From an uncultured virus (IMG/VR IMGVR_UViG_3300031857_014466) (lineage: Duplodnaviria; Heunggongvirae; Uroviricota; Caudoviricetes): a DNA stretch of 64,000 nucleotides. The notes beneath the pieces were generated by a model. That model worked only from the letters and a program-made list of their open reading frames with translations. It searched no databases and was not told where the DNA came from. Where the stretch lies: IMG/VR virus record IMGVR_UViG_3300031857_014466, one strand, 5' to 3'. Positions 8,144 through 20,100 of this stretch are shown here, piece by piece. Both the position numbers and the translations under genes were made by a program. Numbering within the stretch: position 1 is the stretch's first letter; every line of letters begins with the position of its first letter.

Positions 8144-11100
8144 TGGCAAGATTGATACCTCGTAAACAAATTGAAGAACAACAGAATATAACTGGTTCGC
8201 TTACTGTTCAGGAAAATTTATTTCTTGGAAATGATGCTGTTATTTCAGGTTCTCTTTTTGTTTCTAAAAGTTTCTTTTTAGGAAATGATACTGGTTCAAA
8301 AAGTGAAATTACAGCTTCTGTATTTTTAAGCGGTTCGCTAACAATTGATGGAAATTTAAGAGTAGGTGCACCTGAGACTGTTTTATCAATTACATCTTCT
8401 AATACAATTTTAGCAGAAGATACTCAAAGATATGCTGGTATTCTTGCCAAAGATTTTGGTGCTAACCAACCTACACTTTATGTATCTTCAACTGATGGTG
8501 ATGATACAAACGATGGTAGAACAATTCAATACCCACTTCGTACAATTAAGAGGGCAGCAGCATTAGCATCTCCGGGGTATGATGGTAGATATGGTTTTGA
8601 TACTGGTTCAATATCTAATGGATATGTTATTAAGGTACAAGCAGGAACGTATTTAGAGGATAATCCTGTGATTCTTCCTAAGAATACAACCATTTGGGGT
8701 GCTGGTTTGCGTATTACCAAAATTAACGCTAAGAATCCCACAGAAGACCTATTTTATGTAAACTCTGGTTGTTATATTGCGGAGGTTACTATGGGTGGCT
8801 TGAGATTATTTCCAGACCAAATAAATCCCGAAAAAGGATTTGCGGTAGCTTTTCAACCTGGTGCATTTATTACAACTTCACCATACGTTCAAAACTGCTC
8901 GCAAATTTCTAACCAAGAGAATTCATTTACCGAACTTTATGAAGAAATTCCGCCGGGTGGTGGAGGTCTTTATGTTAATGGTGATGTAATTAATCCAGAT
9001 TCTCCACTTGCTTCAATGGTATTGGATGCCTATACGCAAATTTCTCCAAATGGTGTGGGGTGTTTGGTAAATGGTAGAGGTTTTATTCAGCTGGTATCTT
9101 TCTTTAATAACTTCTCATATTATGCTATTAGAGTAAACAATGGTGGGCATGCTACACTAAACAACTCAAACATTTCATTTGGTTTGTATGGTATGTATGC
9201 TTCTGGTTCTCGTTTTATTTCTGGTAGTGGTGGTAATACATCTGCAAGAGATGCGGTTAGAGCTAGCTGGAGTGTTGTTGTAGATGTATTAAATAGAGGA
9301 CTAGATGCATTACCTGAAGTAACAACTTTAAATACTGCCGAAGGTATTCGTTTATCATCACCTTCGCAGTTTCCACAATATACTACTTCATCAAATGTAA
9401 CATTATCATCAACAGCTGCTGAAGAAATTTCAGCTGATTACAAACTTATTTCTGCTATTGTTGAAAACGGTACTTCTGATTTTCCTACATTATTAGCAAA
9501 AAGTTCTAATAAAGGATATGGTGCGGATTCTCCATATAATATTTTAGGAGCTTCTCAATTAACATCATCATTATCTGCTTCTATTGAAGATTTAAATTCA
9601 ATCAGTTCATCTTATGGTGTATTGTTAAGTATATTCGCTAATGGTACGGGCTCTTTTAAATTTACAGCATCAGCTGATTTGGGTGTAAAAATTACAAATG
9701 AAGTAGTTGATGATTTGGGTGCACCATCTTATTTATCATCTTCTGTTTCTCAATCATTTGAAACCATAATTAATATTATAAAAAATGGAGTATCGGCTAT
9801 TCCAGCACTTACAGCATCTAATAGTGCTAGTATATACGTTGGTAGTGAAGTTCCATTTAAAACAGGAATTTCATCATCGTTATTAGTACTTAATAAAGTA
9901 AGTTCTTCATTTAGTATAATTTATAATATTTTATCAAATGGAACTGGAAGTAATATTTTACCAATTCCAAATGACCATAGAAGAAGTTATACTATTACAA
10001 ACAATAATAGTTCATCATATCAATGGGATGGTGTGGGTGCAAATCCTACAATAACATTATACAGAGGTGAAACTTACAAATTTTATGTAAGTGCTTCTGA
10101 AGCTATTGGTGGTATAGATTATCCATTCTTTATAAGAACTCAACTAATTGAAACTATTGATAATAGATTTGATTATAACAAAGGTGTGATTAACAATGGT
10201 GATAGTGTTGGTAATATAACATTTGCAGTACCATATGATGCACCAAATACATTATATTATACATCACAAATAAATAATACTTTAAGTGGTAAGTTTAATA
10301 TAATAAACAATTCGGAAACACCTTTTGATTTAATAAAAAATACGGTAACGTTTCCTAAAACAATATCTGGAAGTTTAGAACCAACTCAAAATGTTGATAT
10401 ACTAAACGCTTATGAAATATTAACTGGTAGTAAATCATTTATACAAGAAGAAGTAATAAATTATGTTAGTTCGTCTTGGTCAAACATATATTATGATGAG
10501 ATAACTTGTCGTAGAGATGTTGGGCATTTAATAAATGCAGTTTGTCAGGATTTATTATATGGTGGAAACAATAATAGTATTACAGCTGGTAGATTTTATT
10601 ATGAATATCCATCCGAAGCAACAACAACACAAAAAGAACCAACAAAGACAGCAGTAAAATATGCGGCTGGTTTAGCAGAAAATTTAGTTAAAAATATAAC
10701 ATTTACTAAAATTGATGATAACCCTTATTTGCAAGAAAAATATAATGTTGCTGAAAATTTAAAAATTAACAAACCATTTATACAAAATGAAACAATAGCA
10801 TTTTTATCTTCGTCTTGGAGTAACTTTTTGTATAATGAAACTAAATGTAAAAGAGATGTTGGATATATCGTAGATGCTGTTATTACTGACTTAAAATATG
10901 GTGGTAATGAAAGAGCTAGAGAAGCTGGTAGATTCTATTATCTATATCCATCATTAGCAATCGTTGAAGGAGATGGTGATTCCGAAGGACAATTAGGGCA
11001 AACATTAGATGGTATGAGATACGCCGCAGGTGTATCTGTAAATTTAGTAAAAAATAAAACATTTAATGAACCATCCGCATCTACTCAATCTGCGTATAAT

Positions 11101-14100
11101 TTATTGAGACAAAATAAATCAATAATTCAGAATGAAACGATTCAATATGTAAATGTTGCATTTCCACAATTAAAATATAATCAAGATAAGTGTAGACGTG
11201 ATGTTGGATACATTTTAGATGCAGTATCTACTGATTTATTATATGGTGGTAATGAAAGAAGTGTAATTGCGGGTAGATACTATTATGATTATCCATCTGT
11301 TGCAACTTCTATACAAAAAAGAGAAACAATAGCGGGTATCAGATATGCAAAAATTATTGGTGATTTTATAGTTCAAAATATAATATTAGAAACACCAAGA
11401 ATTGTAAATAATGATGAAAAAAATATTAAAGTTTCATCATTTGAAAATATTACATCTTCTTTTAGTGGTACTACAACTCAACAAAATTCAATAAGTAGTT
11501 CTTTTGCTATTATTGAAGGTATTGTAAAAAGAGGTATATCTGCTATACCATCTATTTTAGCACTTAATACAGGCTTAAATTGGAATTCTGGTAATCCTCT
11601 AAATGTAACAACTGGTTCTCAGATAACATCATCATATGTTACACCTAATGAAATTAATACAATTGATAGAAACTTTAATATTGTTTCAAATATAATTGAT
11701 AATGGAATAGGAGCGGAGCCTGTATTTACATCATCTATAAGTGGACTTAAAAAGATTACAAATATTGAACAAATATTTGGTGCAGCTGTATCGGCTGATT
11801 TAACATCAAGTATTTCATCATCATTTGGATATGTTGTTAGAATTGTAAGTGGTGGATTATCACAAACATCAAGTTTATTAATACCAAATACTTCTGAAAG
11901 TATTAAAGTAACATCAACTCCACAATGGTTAAGTTCAAATGTTGGTACAAATACACAAACAGCAAGTATAAGTTCATCTTTTGGTTTGGTAATAAATGTA
12001 ATTACAAATGGAACATCCGTATTACCAACTTTAGTACAAAATACCGCAGCAAATATAAAAGTAACAAATGCAAATCAATATATCTCAGCATCACATGCAG
12101 CTAGTGGTAGTGATATTACATTTATATCTTCATCTATTTCAAAAGTTACTCAAATTATTGAAACTGGAAATGTAGATTTATTTGCTAAACAATTATACAC
12201 ATCTTCTATAAACACATATAATACTAAAGCTGCATACGAAATATTAAAAAATAACATTTCATTTATACAAGATGAAACTATTGCTTACCTAAGTTCTTCT
12301 TGGTCAACGGCATCTTATAATGAAGCTAAATGCAGACGTGATGTGGGGTTGATTATAAGTGGAGCTGCTGAAGATTTAATTTGGAACGCAAATTCAGCAT
12401 CAATTGTAAATGGACAATTCTATTATGAATATCCATCACAAGCTCAATACGCACAATTAAATCAAACCTTAGATGGTATAAACTATGCTAGTAGATTAGC
12501 ACAAAAGTTAATTCAAAATATTTCATTTAGTTTACCATCAACAGCAGTATCCGCATCAAATGCATTACTTGTAAATAACAAAGAATTTATTCAAAATGAA
12601 ACAATAGCATATCTAAGTTCTTCTTGGGGTAGTTTTGAATATAATGAATCTACTTGTAAGAGAGATGTTGGATATGTAATTGATGCGGTAAGAACTGATT
12701 TAGTTTATGGTGGTAATGAAAGAAGTAGATTAGCAGGATTATATTATTTCTTATATCCATCCGAAGCAACAGGTTCACAATTACTTCAAACAACAGATGG
12801 TTTAAAATACGCTAGCAGATTAGCACAAAAAATAGTAAGCGGTTCAATATTCCAATCGGCTAATTCTGATAAATTAGAAGCTAGTAACTTACTTAGAAAA
12901 AATAAAGCATTAATAGCTGCTGAAGTTGTTGAATATGTATCTTCTTCTTGGAGCGGTGTTCAATATGATGAAGTAAAATGTAAAAGAGATGTTGGTTATA
13001 TTATAGATGCTGTTAGAACCGATTTGGTATATGGTGGTAATGAGAGAACTACAATAGCTGGAGAGTTTTACTATTTGTATCCATCAGCGGCAACAATAGG
13101 TGGAGAGCCTTCAACAACACAACAATTAGACCCAACTACAACTGGTATAGAATATGCAAATGCACTTTCTCAACAAATAATTTTGGGTAATGTTTTATCT
13201 AAACCATCTGATTCTGTGTTAGCAGCAAGAAAGTTGGTAAAAGATAATAGAACTCTTATTCAACAAAATACATTAGATTATATAAACGATACATATCCAT
13301 CTTTAAATTATATACAATCAAAATGTTTTAGAGATGTTGGATTTATTATAGATGGTGTACTAACTGATTTAGTATATGGTGGCAACGAAAGAAGCATAAC
13401 ATCAGGAAGATTTTATTACAAATATCCAAGTTTAGCAACTACTGACCAAAATACCGAAACTTTAGATGGTGTAAATTTTGCAAAAGATTTATCCAAACTT
13501 ATTGCTATTGGTGGTAAATCGGTTGAAGATGGATTTGACATAGTAGCTAAAATTATAGAAAGCGGAAGTTCAGTAGCACCAACATTAGTAACTAATACTG
13601 AAAATGGTATAAAGAAAACAAATGAACTTCAATTTAAAATATCAAATTCGGCTAATACATCGGATAAACTTATAGTATCTTCATCATTTGGTAATGTAAT
13701 TAATATTATAGATAAAGGATTATCTGCAATACCTACATTAGTATCATCTTCGGCAAAAGGTGTTGCTAGAATAGCTGGTTCTCAAATTACATCATCTAAT
13801 TCTGTTGATGTACAACAAATTGAAAAAGTAAGTTCATCATTTGCTATTGTTTTGGATATTGTAGAAAATGGTACTGGCTCTTTACCAAATATTGTATTAA
13901 ATACAAATGATAACGTTAAAACTACATTAACATCACAATATATAACTTCATCATTTGCTGGTACTCAGAATGAGGCTAATATAATTTCATCTTCATTTGG
14001 ATTGGTGATGGGTATTTTAGCAAGCACAAATACGGCATCTTTACTAAGTACATTAAATTTATCAACATCATCTTATACATCGGCTACATCTGCATCAAAT

Positions 14101-17100
14101 TCGTTTTATGCATATAATTTATTAAAACAAAATATAGGATTTATACAAGATGAAACAATATCTTATTTAAGTTCATCTTGGTCAACAGCATCTTATAACG
14201 AAGCTAAATGCCGTAGAGATGTTGGTTTAATTATAAGCGGAGCAGCTGAAGACCTATTATTTAATTCATTCTCATCTTCTGTTGTAAATGGTAAATTTTA
14301 TTTAGAGTACCCATCACAAGCGCAAGGAGCACAATTAAATCAAACACTTGATGGTATTAGATATGCTAGTGGATTGGTACAAAAAATTGTACAAAATACA
14401 ATATTCCAAACAGCATCATTATCTAATCAAACTGCTTACAATTTATTATTAGATAACAAATATTGGATACAAAATCAAACTATTGCTAAAATAAATTCTG
14501 ATTTAAGTTTACAATCTTACAATGAAGAAACTTGTAAGAGAGATGTTGGATATATAATTGACGCAATAGCAACTGATATTTTATATGGTGGAAATCAAAG
14601 AAGTGTAGAAGCGGGTAAATTCTATTATTTATACCCATCACAAGCAACAGGTTCACAATTAGAACAAACTTTAGAAGGTATTGATTATGCAAGAATCCTA
14701 GCAGATAGTGTTGTAAAAAATACTTATGTATATACACAATATACCGCATCAATATTTGTACAACCTACTGATTATTTAAAAGTAAACACTGGTTTTGATA
14801 TTGTAATTGATATAATATCAAATGGTACAGGCTCTATACCTACAATAGTAAATAATGCAAAAGGTTTAGTTAAACGTTCTAACCAAACACAATTTGTATC
14901 AACTGCATCTATTTCTGAAACTTATAAAAATGTAGCTAATTCTTCGTTTGATATTATTTTAGATATAGTAGAAAATGGAACTGGGTCTTTACCAACATTA
15001 ATTAAAAATACAACAAATGTTGTAAAGATTACAAATTCAAATCAGTATTCATCATCGGCAATACTTTCATCATCTTACTTTGGTAATCCATTAAATTCAG
15101 TAAGTGCAAGTTTTGATAAAATAATTAACATATTAGAAAATGGAACTGGTTCTTTACCAACATTGGTTTTAAATACAAATCAAAATATTAAAGTAACTGG
15201 TACACCTCAATATATTTCTGGTTCATCTGCAACAACAACTGAAAGTAATCTAATATCAGCATCAATTTCTATTGTAACAAATGTAATTGCAAATGGTACA
15301 AATTCAACTTTAAGTACATTATCATTACCAACATCATCTTACGCAACTGCTGTAAGTAATGACAATAGATGGATAGCTTATGGTATATTAAAAAATAACA
15401 TTTCATTTATACAAGATGAAACTATCGCTTACTTATCATCTTCTTGGTCAACTGCTTCATATGATGAAGCAAAATGTCGTAGAGATGTTGGATTAATAAT
15501 AAGTGGAGCAGCTGAAGATTTGGTGTTCAATAGTAATTCAGCATCAGTTGTTAATGGTAAATTCTATTATGAATATCCATCACAGGCGCAAGGAGCACAA
15601 TTAAATCAAACTTTAGATGGTATTTTCTACGCATCTCAATTAGCACAAAAAGTAATTAGAAATGTTGTGTTTAATTTACCAACATCCCAATCTAATGTTG
15701 CTTATGATTTATTAAAATATAATAAAGAATTTATACAAAATGAAGTAATTGAGTATATTAGTTCTTCTTGGAGTACAAAGCAATACAACCAAAATACTTG
15801 TAAGAGAGATGTTGGATATATTTTAGATTCAGTAGCAACTGATATTAAATGGGGTGGTAATGAAAGAAGTATAAAATCTGGAATTTACTATTATTTGTAC
15901 CCATCAGCAGCTACGGGTTCGCAATTAAAAGAAACTGTTACTGGTATAAAATATGCAAAAAATTTAGCAGATAGATTATTAAGAAATCAACAATTTATAA
16001 AAGTTTCACAAAATAAACTACAAACTAAAGAATTAATTGCTCAAAATAAAAACTTTATTGCAAATGAAGTTATTGCATATGTATCCGCTAGTTGGAATGG
16101 ATTCTATTATAATGAAGAAACTTGTAAGAGAGATGTTGGATATATTTTAGATGCGGTAGCAACTGATATTGTATATGGTGGCAACGAAAGAAGTATTGAA
16201 GCTGGTAAGTATTATTACATAGAACCATCAACAGCAACATCTACTCAATTGGGTCCTACACTTAGTGGTATAACGTATGCAAAAAATATTGTACAAGAAG
16301 TTTTAAATAATAAAGTATTTGCATCAAGTTCATTGTCTAAGCAAACTGCATTTGAATTATTAAGAAATAACAAAGAATTAATTCAAACCGAAACTATTGG
16401 ATTCTTAAATTCAGCATGGAGTTTCTTTGAATATTCAGAATCTAAATGTAGACGTGATATTGGATATATTTTAGATGCAGTAGCAACTGATATACTTTAT
16501 GGCGGAAATGAAGCATCTGCAAGAGCTGGCGAGTATTATTATTTATATCCATCTTTAGCAACTGTTGAGGGTGATGGTAATGAATCAGGTCAAAAAGACC
16601 AAACATTAGATGGTATTAAATTTGCTAAAGGTATTTCTGTAAAAATAGCAAATAACGAATTACTTCAAAAACCAACAATTAGTGAAATTGCTACACATGA
16701 ATTATTAAATAAAAATAAAAAATTCATACAAAAAGAAACTATTGCATTCCTTAGTTCTTCTTGGGTTGGAATAAATAATTTCCAATTTAATGAAGCTAGT
16801 TGTAGTAGAGATGTTGCATACATAATTGATAATGTAGCAACAGATTTAGTATATGGCGGAAATGAGAGAAGTTCTAAAGCAGGACAATACTATTACTTAT
16901 ACCCATCAGCAGCAGTATATACAGGTTCAGTTTCACCAACATCTACAGAACAAAAAGGACCTACTTTAGATGGTGTTGGTTTTGCGGCAGGTATTTCTCA
17001 AAAAGTAATTTCTAATCAAATATTAATTAAACCAACGGAGTATGTACAATCTGCGTATTCATTGATGGTATATAATAGAGAATTTATACAAAATGAAACT

Positions 17101-20100
17101 ATTCAATTTATAGATGCATTCTATCCATACTTAGTTTATAATAGAGAAAAATGTAGAAGGGATGTTGGATATATTGTTAATAATGTAGCAACTGATTTAT
17201 GGTATGGTGGTAATCAAAGAAGTATTATTGCTGGCGATTACTATTATCGTTATCCTTCAAAAGCAACAAAAACAGAACAAGTTAAAGAAACTGTAGCTGG
17301 TGTTGATTATGCAAAAGCATTATCTAAAAAGATAGTTCAAAATATTAAATTATCTGCACCTACTGTAAAAAGTAATATTGATGGTAATATTAAAATTGGT
17401 ACTATTAATCAATATACTTCTTCAATAAATGCTGGAATTTCTGAAATTAATTTTGTTAGTTCATCGGTATCAATTGTTACCAAAGTAATTGAAAATGGTT
17501 TAGCCACATTACCTACATTTGTTGGAAATGGTGTAAATGCAATAAAAGTAACACACGAACCAATTGTATCATCATCAGTATCAGCTAGTTCAGTTGAGGT
17601 TGGTATAACAACTGCTTCATTTGAATTAATAAAAGATATTATATACAATGGAAGTGCTTCTTTACCTGATGCATTGGCTAATAACTTTAACTATGGGTTT
17701 GAATTATCAACTCCAACACTTCTTCATATATCATCTTACAATCAAATATTAGGAAGTGGTAGTTATAATTCTCAAACAAGTTCTTTAAGTTCATCATTTG
17801 CAACTGTTATCAACATAATAAATGGTGGAACGGGTTCAATACCTGCAATTGTAACAAATACATCGGCATCTATTAAAACAACTTCGGTTACACAAATACT
17901 ACCATTGGTAAGTGGTTCTGAATATCAAAAGGGTAGAATTTCTAATTTGTTTGGAAACGTATTAAACATTGTTGAAAATGGTGTAAGTGTAATACCAACG
18001 CCAATATTAAATACATCAGCAAGTTTTAAAGTAACAAATACAAATCAAATAAGATTAGTTGATGGTGTTAATAGAGATTTACAATCAAAATTAGTTTCAT
18101 CATCATTTGGTGTTGTAATAGATGTATTATTGAATAGTGGTACAAGTTCTATATCATATGTAGGACCTCAAGCTACTTCAAATACAAATACAAAAATAAC
18201 ATCATCGTATAACTTGTTAATTAACAATACTGATTTAATAGTTAATGAAACAATAGCATATATGAGTTCTTCTTGGTCTTCATTCTATTATGATGAAGCT
18301 AAGTGTAGACGTGATGTTGGTTTAATTGTTAGTGGAGCTGCATTTGATTTATTGTATGGTGGAAATTCCGCATCATTAACAAATGGTAAGTTCTACTATG
18401 ATTATCCATCACAAGCAACAACAACTCAATTAGACCAAACAATAACTGCGTTGAAATTTGCTAGTGGTGTGGCTCAGAAAGCAATTAAGAGTACATTAAT
18501 GTACCACATATCCGAATCTGCTTGGTATTCACAAGCTACTTCGGCATCTTATACTTCATTATTAGCAAATAAAGGATTTATACAATCGGAATCAATTGCA
18601 TATGTAAGTTCTTCTTGGCAAGATTTCTTATACAATGAAGCAAGTTGTTCTCGTGATATTGGTTATATTATAGATGCAGTAGCAACTGACCTTTTATATG
18701 GTGGAAATGAGAGAAGTATTGTAGCTGGTAGATATTATTATGATTATCCATCACAAGCTACAGATTCTCAATTAGAACCAACATTGACTGGTGTAAGATA
18801 CGCAAAAGGATTGGCAATGAGAGTTATATCGGGTTCTTTATTAACAGCACCTGATGCAGCAACTCAATACGCTTACAATTTATTAAAATCAAATAAAGTA
18901 TTCCTACAAGAAGAAACTATTGGTTTTGTAAACGCTAAGTGGCAAGATTTAGATTACATTGAAAGTAAGTGTAGACGTGATACTGGGTATATTATAGATG
19001 CAGTAGCAACCGATTTATTATATGGTGGAAACGAAAAAAGTGCAAAAGCTGGAGAGTTTTATTACTTATATCCTTCTTTAGCAATAACATCAGCTCAAAA
19101 ATCTGAAACTGTACAAGCGGTTGATTATGCTAGAAGATTTGCACAATCGGTTGTTAATAGTATTTCTATTGCAGAACCACAACCAATATTAAACACATCA
19201 AATAACATTAAAGTAACAGCAACAACTCAATATACTTCATCAAATGCTTCATCTGCTTATGAAGTTAATAGAGTAAGTTCTTCATTTGCGGTTGTAACAA
19301 ATATTGTTGAAAATGGATTGGGAGTAATACCTACATTAGTAGCAAATACATCAGAAAGTATTAAATTTACTAATACATCTCAATATTTAAGTTCATCATT
19401 TGGTACTGATTATGAAGCATCATTAATTTCATCATCTATTTCAATTGTAACAAATATAATTGCAAATGGTATTGGTGTAGCAGGTTCTCCTGTAAATTAT
19501 TCATCACCATCAACTGCATCAAATGTATGGTACGCTTACAATTTGTTAAAAGAAAACATAGGATTTATTCAAAATGAAACTATTGCATACATTAGTTCTT
19601 CTTGGAGTACAGCTTCTTATGATGAATCTAAGTGTAAGAGAGATGTTGGTTTAATTATTAGTGGAGCAGCCGAAGATATGTTATTTGGTGTGGATTCTGC
19701 ATCTATTGTAAATGGTAAGTTCTACTTTGAATCAGCATCACAAGCCACAACATCTCAATTGAACTTTACTTTAGATGGAATATTCTTCGCAAGTAAAATG
19801 GCGCAAAAAGTTCTACAAAATGTTCAGTATCAAACTGCATCATTGGAGAGAACAAATGCTTGGACATTATTAAATCAAAACAAACCATTTATACAAAACG
19901 AAACTATTGCATATATTAGTTCTTCTTGGGTAACTGGTTCAAATACAACTTCTTCATTTGTTTATGATGAATCTAAGTGTAAGAGAGATGTTGGATATAT
20001 CTTAGATGCGGTAGCAACGGATATATATTATGGTGGTAACGAAAGAACAATTACAGCAGGTAAATACTATTTCTTATATCCATCATCGGCAACTGGTTCA

